A stretch of 53,592 nt of DNA from a virus (IMGVR_UViG_3300007094_000013:1-53592); one strand, 5' to 3'; positions 8,392 through 17,759 are shown, counted from the stretch's first letter. Numbers and translations: made by a program. Notes: generated by a model from the letters alone, not told the origin.

Positions 8392-11300
8392 TGCCTGCCT
8401 TCCTTACAAATAACCAACAGAATCAGTGCTGCTGTCCCGAGATGCGGTGCTGCGTTCCGAGCGCGATCAGTGCAACCTGCACCGGCTGGAACGGCGTCGG
8501 AATGAATATCTGGCTGGGCATTGTCTTGGACGCGCCTGCGGGCTTTCCAACAGGCTTGCCTGATCTTGCGATGCCGCCCCACGCATGCGCCTACGAGACC
8601 GGAACGACGGGGTGTTTTCACTGGTGGTTCGTGGAGTGCGAGCCGTCGCTGCCTGACGGGAAGTACCGCCCGGGCTTTCAAGATTGCACTCTCGCCGAGG
8701 GTGCTATCGCCGGAGGATGCCAAGGCGTAGTGTGGCCGTCCGTGGCGTTCACACAGATGAACGGACAGACCGATCAGGTTGGCCCGTTCTCATTCTTGTG
8801 CAACGGCGGCGGCGGAGGCGGCACCTTTGGCGACAGCAAAGACGCATACGTCACAGGTTGGGAAGTTGACCCCGGCGTCGTCGCCAAGTGCTCAGTGCCC
8901 GGTGCCTCAAAACTTTGTCAAAACCCAGGCGACGGCGTCGGTTCCATCGTATACGGCCCAGCAGGCAACCAATACGGTCGCGTGAGACTGACGGATCAGA
9001 ACGGCACGTATGTGTGCCATAGGAACAAGAGCGATCTGCGTCCAGAGTTCGTGGCAACAGTGATTCGCAGTGCGCCGTCGTTGCCAGAGGACACAGACGC
9101 ACGCATTGTGTTTGACGTTTTCTGTCGCCGAATGTGGCAGTACGTGCCGGACTGCGGCGGATACGTCATCATCAACCTGACGTGTGCAGTTTCGGACACT
9201 CCGCCAGAAGACCCACCGGAGGGCATCTTCTATTGCATCGACTACCGTTGTGGGCCGCGAGTGCCCGGCCCGTTTACTGGAGACGCCAGCACCAGCGTGT
9301 GCGACCAATATAAATGCACGGCACACGAGGGAACTGTCTGGCCGCACCTTCTCGCATTTGACGACACAGGAAACTACTCGGCTGACCTCAAGTTGGTTCT
9401 CGTTCCGGACGCCTACTTCAAGAACACGGAGTATTACTACCAAGGCGCAAAGCCACAGAAGGCCATGACGTGGAAGATCAAAGACGTTGTGATCGAGGAT
9501 GGCGGCAACGGATACTCCGTCGGTGACTTTTTCACTGTTGACTTCGATCCCATGTGGATGTCTGACCTTGAAGAAGGCGGCACGGGCGGCGGCGAACTCA
9601 ACATTGGTTTCCCGCAGAACGATTGGGAGTGCTTCGGATACCCGTTGACGTGGAAAGACAAGTACGGCCTCGAACCAGAACAGACGCCGGGGGGCGGCAA
9701 GATATACAGACAACGCCTCCGCGTCAGCAAGGTAGACGAGGAGGAAGGCGGTGTCATCCTTGAGTTGGAGATAGTGCCGTGGTTTCGCACGCCCGAGTTC
9801 CGGCCGGGGCAGTGCATCGACGAACTGCCCAACAGTAAAAAAACACCCTACTATCCGGCATACACTCGCGTCATCTGTCATCCGAATAGCGTTGACATCG
9901 GTGGCGTCGGATACAGAGTGAACGACCAAATAAAGTTCTCGCCAATATCTCCCGGCGTGGTGACAGAGACCGAGGCAATCGCCAAGGTGGTTGATGTCGA
10001 CGACGACGGGGCCGTGCTTGATTGGGAAATCAAGGGTTCGGACTCGTACTACTATGGGTTCGGAATGGAGAACCCAGCGTGCGCGATCTGGGGGCAACCG
10101 GATCAGCGCGGTGCGTATAGATGGCCGGACAAGTATTGGCTCTGCGAACTCTACTGGCACGGCGTTGGCGTGCCGGTACGGTCGGTGAATAACTATGGCG
10201 ACGGATTCACTGGATATGGTTCCGTAATCAACACCGGCACGCTAACGGAGTTGACGGTGTCGATTGCACGCGTGCCGTGCCGCACGGCCATCAGTGTGTG
10301 GCTCGTGCCGTACAAATACAGTTCACTGTCTTTTGAGATCTCGTCCGAGGACGAGGACGCTACTGCTGACGTTGTGGCATTGAAAAAGTTTCCGCCATAT
10401 CCAAAGTGCTTTGGCGGGGGGGCGCAGATCACTCCGGTCATTGGAACTCCCGGCGGGAACGAGAGCGCGATTGGGGGGCCGCTGGTCGGTGGCGAGGTGA
10501 AGTCAGGCGGAGACTATTACGCGTTCGTCGACAAGACGCACATCGCGCCGGTGCTTCCGAAGGACGTGCCCAACATAGGGCAAGGCACCGGAGCAAAGAT
10601 TCTGTCGTTTGCTTTCGGACAGGTCTCAAACTTCCCATTCCCCGGCTACGCGGCCGGTGAGTTGTACGTGCCGTCGCCATCGCGGTTCGCGTACTTCCCT
10701 GTCACGTCGGCGACAATCGACGGGAACAATCGCGGCACGGGATACGAGATTGGACAGGAGTTTGAGGTGAAGCCAGTTGGAGGCGTGGCGTTCTCTCATC
10801 CTTGGCGAAAAACTGGAGGGGACGACCCAGACTTGATTCAAGACGGGGCGTGGTACGCCTCACAGAGAACGACGCCAAGCGGTCACATTCCATCCACGCC
10901 GGAACAGGAGGCCGGAGCATCACAGCGAGAGGGAACGTGTACGCTGCGCGTGGCAGATGTCAACGAAGACGGCGGCATCATTTCACTTGAGGTCGTCCAC
11001 GGCGGCATGATGTTCAGGCCACAGTGGGCGTCCGGTGTTCGTCATCCAGACGTGATGGTTGTGGTCAACAGCGACACGGGGCAAGGCGCACGTGCCACCG
11101 TGACGATTGACACGAACAAGAACAGCACGACGTTCGGAGAGGTTACGGGGTGCAGCATCGTGCAGATCCCTGTGACCGAAGCCACAGACCCGCTGCACCC
11201 GCCGGAGCCGGGCGAGAATCCGGTGCCGTGGCCGCTCGGTGGACGGGACTACGCCAATCCGCCGTCCGGTTTTATGTGGGAAATGAACAACATTGTGGTC

Positions 11301-11954
11301 GGCACAGTGATGGGTGAGCCGGCGACGATGATGTCGTACATCGACTGGCACAACTTCGTCTATAACGCGTACCACCCTTCGAAGTCGCCTTACGTTCTTC
11401 ACGAGGGCGGACTTCCTCCGTTCCACCGTCGTGCCGAACATTGTTCGCTTGATGAGTGTTATCACGGCCTGCTGAACAGGTCTTATCCGCTTTACCGAAT
11501 CTACGGTGGGCTTTCAGTGAACCCGCCCGGGAACGCATTTGACAGTATGTTCGGCACGGAGTGGAGGGTAAACGGCGTTCGCGGGTGCCTTTACCCCGGT
11601 CGGAAAATGCCTGACCCGCCGTCGCAGTTCGCGCCGTTCCCAACGCCGGCGTCGGGAAGCCTACTCAACGCACGCCCGAAGGTTCCGTACGGCGTGTTCA
11701 GGCGGAAGGGCACAGTGGCTGACGCGTACGATGAGGGTGCCGGGTCGCCGTGTGACTGTGTTGACTACGAGTTGGACTATCTCAACGGCTGCTATTTCAC
11801 GCGAATAGACTCCGACCCAGAGTATGACGGCCCCCCTGTTGCCGAGCAGGGCGACTACGTCGTAGTCGAGTGGGGATACAGCGTGTCGCTGTCTGCTATC
11901 ACACAACAGTGGCCCAACTGCACGAACCACGAAAGTGGAAGAACATCGCCATGA
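8391..11954 (+). CDS. Large Cys/Gly/Pro-rich putative tail tip / receptor-binding protein
   Basis: About 1187 aa; repeated GG.GY.VGD-like and V.DV.EDG.I motifs; at the end of the tail module. Confidence 0.55.
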   Translation: MPAFLTNNQQNQCCCPEMRCCVPSAISATCTGWNGVGMNIWLGIVLDAPAGFPTGLPDLAMPPHACAYETGTTGCFHWWFVECEPSLPDGKYRPGFQDCTLAEGAIAGGCQGVVWPSVAFTQMNGQTDQVGPFSFLCNGGGGGGTFGDSKDAYVTGWEVDPGVVAKCSVPGASKLCQNPGDGVGSIVYGPAGNQYGRVRLTDQNGTYVCHRNKSDLRPEFVATVIRSAPSLPEDTDARIVFDVFCRRMWQYVPDCGGYVIINLTCAVSDTPPEDPPEGIFYCIDYRCGPRVPGPFTGDASTSVCDQYKCTAHEGTVWPHLLAFDDTGNYSADLKLVLVPDAYFKNTEYYYQGAKPQKAMTWKIKDVVIEDGGNGYSVGDFFTVDFDPMWMSDLEEGGTGGGELNIGFPQNDWECFGYPLTWKDKYGLEPEQTPGGGKIYRQRLRVSKVDEEEGGVILELEIVPWFRTPEFRPGQCIDELPNSKKTPYYPAYTRVICHPNSVDIGGVGYRVNDQIKFSPISPGVVTETEAIAKVVDVDDDGAVLDWEIKGSDSYYYGFGMENPACAIWGQPDQRGAYRWPDKYWLCELYWHGVGVPVRSVNNYGDGFTGYGSVINTGTLTELTVSIARVPCRTAISVWLVPYKYSSLSFEISSEDEDATADVVALKKFPPYPKCFGGGAQITPVIGTPGGNESAIGGPLVGGEVKSGGDYYAFVDKTHIAPVLPKDVPNIGQGTGAKILSFAFGQVSNFPFPGYAAGELYVPSPSRFAYFPVTSATIDGNNRGTGYEIGQEFEVKPVGGVAFSHPWRKTGGDDPDLIQDGAWYASQRTTPSGHIPSTPEQEAGASQREGTCTLRVADVNEDGGIISLEVVHGGMMFRPQWASGVRHPDVMVVVNSDTGQGARATVTIDTNKNSTTFGEVTGCSIVQIPVTEATDPLHPPEPGENPVPWPLGGRDYANPPSGFMWEMNNIVVGTVMGEPATMMSYIDWHNFVYNAYHPSKSPYVLHEGGLPPFHRRAEHCSLDECYHGLLNRSYPLYRIYGGLSVNPPGNAFDSMFGTEWRVNGVRGCLYPGRKMPDPPSQFAPFPTPASGSLLNARPKVPYGVFRRKGTVADAYDEGAGSPCDCVDYELDYLNGCYFTRIDSDPEYDGPPVAEQGDYVVVEWGYSVSLSAITQQWPNCTNHESGRTSP

Positions 11955-12424
11955 ACATGATACCCGAGTCGTTGTTCTGTCATTGGGAGGAGGGCGACGG
12001 CGTATGGCAGTGCCGCCAATGTAAGGCTGTCGTGAAACGTGGAGAGGACTCGGAGAAACCTTTTTCCGCGTGCCGCGTTGGTGCAGAAAAACACGGGGTG
12101 CCGTTTCGGTCGATGGTTCGGGCCGTGCGAGTTCCTGACCTTCCGGCACCACGGCGTTCCATTGAAGGGCCGGGAACGGAACTCAAGAAACTCATTCAGA
12201 AGATTGGACTGCGAGACAGACCCGGCTGTGCATGCAACAGTCGGGCGATGCTAATGAATACATGGGGGCCGGACGTCTGTGAAAACAACCTTGAGCAGAT
12301 CGTTGGCTGGCTCCGCGACGAGGCCAAGCGTCGCAAACTTCCGTTCGTGGATTCTCTTGCACGGATTCTCGTACGACGCGCGATCGCAAAAGCACGAGCG
12401 ACGGAACGGCAGTCTCGCCAGTAG
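11951..12424 (+). CDS. Hypothetical Cys-rich protein
   Basis: ATGA overlap; CxxC and GPGTELKKL...GCACNSRA segments. Confidence 0.6.
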   Translation: MNMIPESLFCHWEEGDGVWQCRQCKAVVKRGEDSEKPFSACRVGAEKHGVPFRSMVRAVRVPDLPAPRRSIEGPGTELKKLIQKIGLRDRPGCACNSRAMLMNTWGPDVCENNLEQIVGWLRDEAKRRKLPFVDSLARILVRRAIAKARATERQSRQ

Positions 12425-12450
12425 ACTCTCCACACAGTTGGAGAGACAGC

Positions 12451-12600
12451 ATGGCAGGCTGGTTGATCGCGCTGACGGGCGTCATCTACACGTGCGTGGC
12501 CGCAGACCTTGCCGCTCACGGAAAGATCGGGCTGTCGCTGGCTTACGTCGGGTACGCTTTCGCCAACGTGGGACTGTACCTTGAAGCCACGAGGAGGTAG
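12451..12600 (+). CDS. Small (49 aa) two-helix membrane protein, absent from the ORF track
   Basis: GGAG RBS; MAGWLIALTGVIYTCVAADLAAHGKIGLSLAYVGYAFANVGLYLEATRR; fills the intergenic gap. Confidence 0.65.
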   Translation: MAGWLIALTGVIYTCVAADLAAHGKIGLSLAYVGYAFANVGLYLEATRR

Positions 12601-12603
12601 CAG

Positions 12604-12888
12604 ATGCCACGCGACCACGTGTTCCGAATCATGGGGAAACGCGTGCCGTGGCGGTACACGAAACTCCGCGGAGAGGCCGACGGCTGGGCCGTGATTCCTG
12701 ACCCGCGAAAGCCGAACATCAAAGAGCGCGTCCTCATCAACGAGCGTCTGGAGGGCCGTGCAAGGCTTGAGACGGAGTGCCACGAGTTTCTTCACGTGGC
12801 CTATCCGACACACTCGGAGGAACACGTCACCCACGCGGCGCGTGACCTCGCGAGGATCCTTTACGCACTCGGATGGAGGTGCCAGTGA
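12604..12888 (+). CDS. Small HExxH (zincin-like) protein
   Basis: GGAGG RBS; ETECHEFLH followed by a downstream EE. Confidence 0.6.
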   Translation: MPRDHVFRIMGKRVPWRYTKLRGEADGWAVIPDPRKPNIKERVLINERLEGRARLETECHEFLHVAYPTHSEEHVTHAARDLARILYALGWRCQ

Positions 12889-13130
12889 AGCGGCTGCAAG
12901 ACGTGGTGGTATCGCGTGCCAAGGAGAAGCAGAAGGTGGGGCAGAACTTTTTTTCCCGCCTTGCTCCCGAAGCACAGGAGGAACTGCTGGCAATCCGCAA
13001 GCGGTTCCAGCGTGGTGAACTTGGGTCGGCGTCGTCGCTGGCTGACATCATCGTGCAAGCGGCCGCCGAGCAAGGGTGGCGAGTGTGCGGCCCGCAGGGG
13101 ATGCGTGTATGGCTCGCGCGACGAGACTGA
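12885..13130 (+). CDS. Hypothetical protein
   Basis: GTGA overlap with a GGAGG RBS. Confidence 0.55.
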   Translation: MKRLQDVVVSRAKEKQKVGQNFFSRLAPEAQEELLAIRKRFQRGELGSASSLADIIVQAAAEQGWRVCGPQGMRVWLARRD

Positions 13131-14185
13131 CGGACAAGGTCGCCGCAAAGCGAAACGAGGCCGACAGGCTGGCGGCAGACGCTGAACTGGCCCGGGCACG
13201 TGCCGAGGTGGCGTCACTTCGCAAGAGGTACTCGACGGCACTGGCGGAGATTGACCGGCAGCGTGAGCGGGCCGACGCCTTGTCGTTTTTGAGCGGCGTC
13301 AAGCCGTGCCGCCGCCCCTTGACCAAATCTGTCAAGGGGAAGCGGCACGCCGCCACGATGGTGTTCATGCTGTCTGACATTCACGCCGAGGAGCGTGTCG
13401 ACCCGGCAACCGTCAACGGCGAGAACGACTACTCCCTCGATGTGTGTGAACGGCGGCTGGCCGAACTGGAGCGACGACTGTTCACCATGCTTGACCACGA
13501 GCGGGCCATAGCGGACATCCGCCGCATGGTTGTCTGGCTTGGCGGTGACTTTATTACGGGGCACATTCATCCAGACTGTGTGGAGGTCACGCAACTGACA
13601 CCGCCCAACGCAACGCGGTGGATCGGGGAGCGCGTGCGCGGCCTGCTCGACGCCATCGCCAAGCGGGTGGACGAGGTGGTTGTAATGACCAACGCCGGCA
13701 ACCACGGGCGGTCAACAGAGAAACTCCGCATCGCCACGGAGTTAGATCATTCGTGGGAACAGTTGATGTATCACACACTGGCCCGCGAGGAACGCAACGC
13801 GAACGTCCGCTGGCAGATTGGGACGGGCCACCTCAACTACCTCGACCTCGACGGGTTCGTGCTTCGCACGCTCCACGGCCACTCCATTCGGTTCAGCGGC
13901 GGCGTGTACGGCCTCGCCCTGCCGGCCACCAAGGCAATCGCAGCATGGGACGCACACAGGAGGGCCGACCTGACAATCTTCGGGCACTATCACTCGTGGG
14001 GGTGGCTCCGCGGCGCGCGGTACGTGTGCAACGGGAGCGTCATTGGACGGTCGGCGTACAGTGTGTTCATCAAGTCTGGGGCACTCGAACGTCCGTGCCA
14101 AGGTCTCGTCGTCGTGGATCATGGAAGAAACGAAGTCACAAAGGCATATCCATTGTTCTGTGACGGCGACCTGCGGAACACTTGA
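13109..14185 (+). CDS. Calcineurin-like metallophosphoesterase with N-terminal coiled coil
   Basis: Motifs SDIH, GGD, GNHG, HGH and GHYH occur in canonical order. Confidence 0.85.
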   Translation: MARATRLTDKVAAKRNEADRLAADAELARARAEVASLRKRYSTALAEIDRQRERADALSFLSGVKPCRRPLTKSVKGKRHAATMVFMLSDIHAEERVDPATVNGENDYSLDVCERRLAELERRLFTMLDHERAIADIRRMVVWLGGDFITGHIHPDCVEVTQLTPPNATRWIGERVRGLLDAIAKRVDEVVVMTNAGNHGRSTEKLRIATELDHSWEQLMYHTLAREERNANVRWQIGTGHLNYLDLDGFVLRTLHGHSIRFSGGVYGLALPATKAIAAWDAHRRADLTIFGHYHSWGWLRGARYVCNGSVIGRSAYSVFIKSGALERPCQGLVVVDHGRNEVTKAYPLFCDGDLRNT

Positions 14186-14936
14186 CGCGAACTACATAGT
14201 TGAAGTAGAGCGTCGAGCGCGACGGTTCAGCGGTGCGTGGACGGGAACATCCGGCACGCTGGCCGCCGACTGCATGAGATTGCTACGGGAGCGACAACAC
14301 ATGGCCGACACAGTGTCACAACTGCTGGAGATGAACGACCGGCTGCGGAACGCGTTGCAACAGTACGCGCCGCAACGCAAACCGTCCCCGGCTTTCCTTG
14401 TGATCGGGCTGGCGGGGAACATCGGTGCCGGCAAGTCTGTTGCCGCCAGAATGATTCCCGACGCCTGTCATCTTCAATGGGCCGACCCGCTCTACTCCGC
14501 TCTCGCCGCCATGCTGGACGTGCCGGTGGACGTTCTTCACGACAGGGGATTCAAGGACACTGGGATCGTCGTGGACGACCTCCATCTCGTCCCGCGTGAC
14601 CTTCTCCGCACGCTTGGCACGGAGTGGGGGCGTGACCGCATCTCTCCCGACATCTGGGTTCGCCTCACGATGCGGAGGATCAAGCGGCTGGCCGAGGAGA
14701 CGCACGCACGCACGTTCGCTGTGTGCGGCACGCGGTTCCCCAACGAGGCGGCCGCCATCCGTCAGGCCGAGGGAGAGGTCTGGTGGATCGACCGCCCCGG
14801 CACCGAGCGCGGCCAGCACTCCAGCGACGTAGCACTGGCGTCCAACGACTGCGACCGTGTCATCGTGAACAATGGTTCGATGGATGCCCTGCGGCGTGCC
14901 GTCGAGTCCGCATACACCGATTTCCTTGCCCGATGA
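14160..14936 (+). CDS. Deoxynucleoside monophosphate kinase with N-terminal extension (start uncertain; alternative 14301)
   Basis: GLAGNIGAGKS P-loop, WADPL, PRDLLRTLGTEWGR, RFPNEA. Confidence 0.85.
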   Translation: MTATCGTLDANYIVEVERRARRFSGAWTGTSGTLAADCMRLLRERQHMADTVSQLLEMNDRLRNALQQYAPQRKPSPAFLVIGLAGNIGAGKSVAARMIPDACHLQWADPLYSALAAMLDVPVDVLHDRGFKDTGIVVDDLHLVPRDLLRTLGTEWGRDRISPDIWVRLTMRRIKRLAEETHARTFAVCGTRFPNEAAAIRQAEGEVWWIDRPGTERGQHSSDVALASNDCDRVIVNNGSMDALRRAVESAYTDFLAR

Positions 14937-14995
14937 CGGCCCCCGGGGAGCGCGCCATCCTCCTCCCGACGCTGCTCCCCGGGGTGTCCGTCATC
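14933..14995. terminator. Hairpin between the convergent kinase and integrase genes
   Basis: gatgacgg-ccccggggagc ... gctccccgggg-tgtccgtcatc inverted repeat. Confidence 0.55.
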
Positions 14996-15878
14996 TAAGT
15001 TGAGGGAGAACGGTGTACGCCGGCGGATCTCGTTCCGTCAGTCGACGGTCGAGATACCATCTCTCTGTGATCCTTGGGCTACTGTGGTCAAGCAGTTTCA
15101 CGGGGTCGCCGCCAAGAGCAGCGTAGTGACTAGCCGCGCTGCGTCTGAGTTGATGGAACCCGCACTTGCGGTCGTGTCCAAGACCGGCGCGGGCGACGAC
15201 GTCTTTATACTTCGCCCAGAGGTATCCGTGGTGTTGCGGCCACTCAAGCAGACGGCGACTGCCGCAGGCTTGTCTCACCAGTTCGCACGTGCCGGGTGAC
15301 AGCCGATACACACGGTCTCGCTTGCCGCCCTTGCGGTACTCGGCGCGAACGAACAGCGTAGGCTCTAAGAAGTCACACGGCTGGCACGCAAGGACTGCGC
15401 CAATCCGTTCCGCCGACTCCCACAACACGCTCAAGAGTGCCGGATACCACACACTCGCCGCGACGGCTCCGACTGTGCCACGCGTTGCAGACGCCGCCCT
15501 CATCAACGCCTGCAACTGCTCCACCGTCCACGCTTGCGGGATCCGATCCGGCAGCGGAGATGGTGGCACGCATGGACGGTCACGCAACAAGCCGCGGTCT
15601 GCCGCGAACCGCCACAGTGACAGCAGTTGCGTCCGCTCTTTCTCTGCGGTGTACGGACTGCGAATGGATGCACGGTGTTCAAGAAACCGTGCAAGCGTCA
15701 GGTCTGTCAGGTCGTTGATGGTTGGCACATAGCACAACCACTTCCCGAACGATCTGATCGTGCAGCCGTACAGCCGCACCGTGTTGTCTGACCGTCCACG
15801 CAAGCGGAGCGGACGGTAGTAGTTCTCAAACAGTTCTGTCAGTGTCATGGCGCGCCTCCCTCTGGGGGTATAGGTCAC
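14991..15878 (-). CDS. int: Tyrosine recombinase / integrase (likely ATG at 15848)
   Basis: SAM-like N-terminus (RGRSDNTVRLY), ERIG, HQLRR and LLDHSSPRITERWY catalytic motifs. Confidence 0.9.
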   Translation of the reverse strand: MTYTPRGRRAMTLTELFENYYRPLRLRGRSDNTVRLYGCTIRSFGKWLCYVPTINDLTDLTLARFLEHRASIRSPYTAEKERTQLLSLWRFAADRGLLRDRPCVPPSPLPDRIPQAWTVEQLQALMRAASATRGTVGAVAASVWYPALLSVLWESAERIGAVLACQPCDFLEPTLFVRAEYRKGGKRDRVYRLSPGTCELVRQACGSRRLLEWPQHHGYLWAKYKDVVARAGLGHDRKCGFHQLRRSAASHYAALGGDPVKLLDHSSPRITERWYLDRRLTERDPPAYTVLPQLR

Positions 15879-15940
15879 GCATCCGTGCTGGTTCGTTCCG
15901 TGACGGTTATTCCTGCAACCTCACTCATGCGGGTGATGTA

Positions 15941-15991
15941 AATCCTGTCCCCGCCATTCGAACGGAGGCGAATCCTGCCCCCGCCATTCGA
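15941..15991 (+). repeat. Tandem 21-bp tRNA-3'-end-like direct repeat; putative attP core(s)
   Basis: aatcctgtccccgccattcga (15941-15961) and aatcctgcccccgccattcga (15971-15991), between int and the xis-like gene. Confidence 0.7.
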
Positions 15992-15994
15992 CTG

Positions 15995-16024
15995 ACCCGT
16001 TGCCCGACAAGGGCAACGGGTTTT
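15995..16024 (+). terminator. Intrinsic terminator after the putative attP
   Basis: acccgttgccc-gacaa-gggcaacgggt followed by ttt. Confidence 0.7.
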
Positions 16025-16055
16025 CGATTGCGTTGAAACTATAGGAGTCCGAACA

Positions 16056-16289
16056 ATGCCAAGGGAAGTCAAGCAGCCGCAGGAGTGGGTGAGCGTTCCA
16101 GTTGCCGCCGAGATGCTTGGATGCTCCGACGTGTGGGTGCTGCGTCTCATTCACGCCGGCCAACTGGACGGCTTTCGATTGAGCGGGCGGGCGTGGGCCG
16201 TCAGGCGAACAAGCGTCGAGGCCAATCTGCGTGAATACTTGTCTCGCGATCCATCTCTGGCGGGACGGAAACGGGCCAAGATGGGATAG
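16056..16289 (+). CDS. Excisionase-like HTH protein
   Basis: WVSVPVAAEMLGCSDVWVLRLIHAGQLDGFRLSGRAWAV; divergent from int. Confidence 0.8.
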   Translation: MPREVKQPQEWVSVPVAAEMLGCSDVWVLRLIHAGQLDGFRLSGRAWAVRRTSVEANLREYLSRDPSLAGRKRAKMG

Positions 16290-16342
16290 CCGTGGCCTAT
16301 TGCACGCTTGGCGTCACGTTGCTACATCTACAGGAGGACGGC

Positions 16343-16591
16343 ATGGGAGACGAGCGCGTGGTCTACTTCTCAACACTCGAAGCCTCCGAACTGCTCGGAT
16401 GCTCACAGACGACGGTGCGTCGAGCCGCCAAGCGGTACGACGTCGGCGTTCACGTCAATGGCCGAAGCAGGCTCGTCGCCTTGACGGCCAACGACATCTC
16501 GCGACTGCGGTCGCTCGTACACGAGACGAGCGGGAACCCAGATTGGATCGCTGCCGGCCGCCGACGCGGAGGACGCAGGAAGACCTCGTAG
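16343..16591 (+). CDS. Second Xis/MerR-like HTH protein
   Basis: AGGAGG RBS; FSTLEASELLGCSQTTVRRAA. Confidence 0.7.
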   Translation: MGDERVVYFSTLEASELLGCSQTTVRRAAKRYDVGVHVNGRSRLVALTANDISRLRSLVHETSGNPDWIAAGRRRGGRRKTS

Positions 16592-16731
16592 TTATATGGG
16601 GTCGATTTGCGTTCGCATGGTTTCACGTTCTTACGCACTCGGTTTTCGCGGAGGTGGTCGTAACGCGTTGACGCGTCACGTGTTCGCGACCGCGAAAACC
16701 TGCCGCGAAAACCATTCGCGCCGCGAAAACC
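16589..16731. repeat. Origin-like element, copy 1
   Basis: tagttatatggggtcgattt, one inverted GGTTTTCGCGG (16641) and three direct CCGCGAAAACC (16690, 16703, 16721). Confidence 0.7.
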
Positions 16732-16810
16732 GATTGGCATCGACTTTTTTGTGTGGGTTCGCACCGCGCACGGAGCCTATTCAATAGCACTGGCGTGTAC
16801 GCTTGGCCGC

Positions 16811-17062
16811 ATGGCACGCACGTACATACACGTCAATCAACACGTCATCCGGCGAAACCACACCACCGGACAGCGAGAGGCCGTGCTGACGGTCAAGCGT
16901 GGTCGCACCAACGTGTACGCGATGGCCGCCGAGGTGCTTGGGCCGTGCCGAGTCGTGTATTCACCGGAGTGCCCCCTGTCGTGCGGCGCGAGGGTGTGGA
17001 TTGAGACCGAGGCCGAGGTGCGGCTGGAGGGGGTCACTGGCCCGCCGGCTCCACGGGGGTGA
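16811..17062 (+). CDS. Hypothetical phage protein
   Basis: MARTYIHVNQHVIRRN...VYSP..PLSCGARVWIET, a coherent small phage-type ORF. Confidence 0.65.
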   Translation: MARTYIHVNQHVIRRNHTTGQREAVLTVKRGRTNVYAMAAEVLGPCRVVYSPECPLSCGARVWIETEAEVRLEGVTGPPAPRG

Positions 17063-17066
17063 GTGA

Positions 17067-17140
17067 ATCCGCTGCGGAAATCCTGCACTCAAAAAAATCC
17101 TCGAAACCTATTGACCACTTCCCGCCGATAGTGGACAACA
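17067..17140 (+). promoter_or_regulatory. Putative early promoter with upstream palindrome
   Basis: TCCGCTGCGGA palindrome, then ctaTTGACC...ccgccgata; related to the copies at 18.3 and 22.2 kb. Confidence 0.55.
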
Positions 17141-17186
17141 GGCGGCACCGGGTCGGACAGCCCGGGCCACACTGGAGGACACGACG

Positions 17187-17369
17187 ATGGACGCTGTGAA
17201 GCCGGGAACGAACGTGGTGATCTGGGAGACGAGCGACCGCGTGTGCTGGCAAGTGCTGCCGGCGTCGGGGCCGTCCGTTCAACTCGCGATCTGCAAGACC
17301 GAGGCCGAGGCACGCGAGGCCGCCAAGCGGCTCAAGTGCGTCGTCATCGGCACGTGCCGGGTTTCGTGA
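17187..17369 (+). CDS. Hypothetical protein
   Basis: Starts at the conserved GAGGACACGACG-ATG leader. Confidence 0.7.
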   Translation: MDAVKPGTNVVIWETSDRVCWQVLPASGPSVQLAICKTEAEAREAAKRLKCVVIGTCRVS

Positions 17370-17371
17370 AT

Positions 17372-17404
17372 CACCACCACCACCACCACCACCACCACCA
17401 CCAC
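17372..17404 (+). repeat. (CAC)11 intergenic tract
   Basis: Counted directly; lies immediately 5' of the RBS. Confidence 0.95.
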
Positions 17405-17418
17405 GAGAGGACACGACG

Positions 17419-17682
17419 ATGCGACTCAACGAACAGCGGAACGAGATGGCTCGGGCAATCGAGAACGCGGCCTGCGAACTGATCGGCCTGCGGTCGGCCA
17501 TTCACCGGAAGATGGCGGCCCCCTACGGCGACGGGAGCCGGTCGAACATGGTCAACGCGGAGACGGACGTGCTGCCTCGGCTGCAGGCCGCCCTCAACAC
17601 GCTGCAAAACGTGATGGACGAGGTCAGCGGCAAGCCGCACGAGTTCGGCCTCGGCACCGTCGAGATGATTCGGGTCTGGTGA
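17419..17682 (+). CDS. Hypothetical protein
   Basis: Conserved leader plus ATG. Confidence 0.7.
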   Translation: MRLNEQRNEMARAIENAACELIGLRSAIHRKMAAPYGDGSRSNMVNAETDVLPRLQAALNTLQNVMDEVSGKPHEFGLGTVEMIRVW

Positions 17683-17759
17683 TTGTTCGGATACCCTGCC
17701 CCGGGTGTGCCGGGGCAGGGTCGGGATCAACACACTTCACGTTCGGGAGGACACAGGTC

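Noticed and set aside
15900-15995. Complete tRNA gene
   Set aside because: Only the 3' ~17 nt resemble a tRNA; no D or anticodon arm or 5' acceptor strand is evident.
17243-17482. Poly-His ORFs (also 18143-19090) and antisense poly-Trp/poly-Gly/poly-Val ORFs
   Set aside because: These are translations of the intergenic (CAC)n tracts; the real starts follow the conserved RBS downstream.
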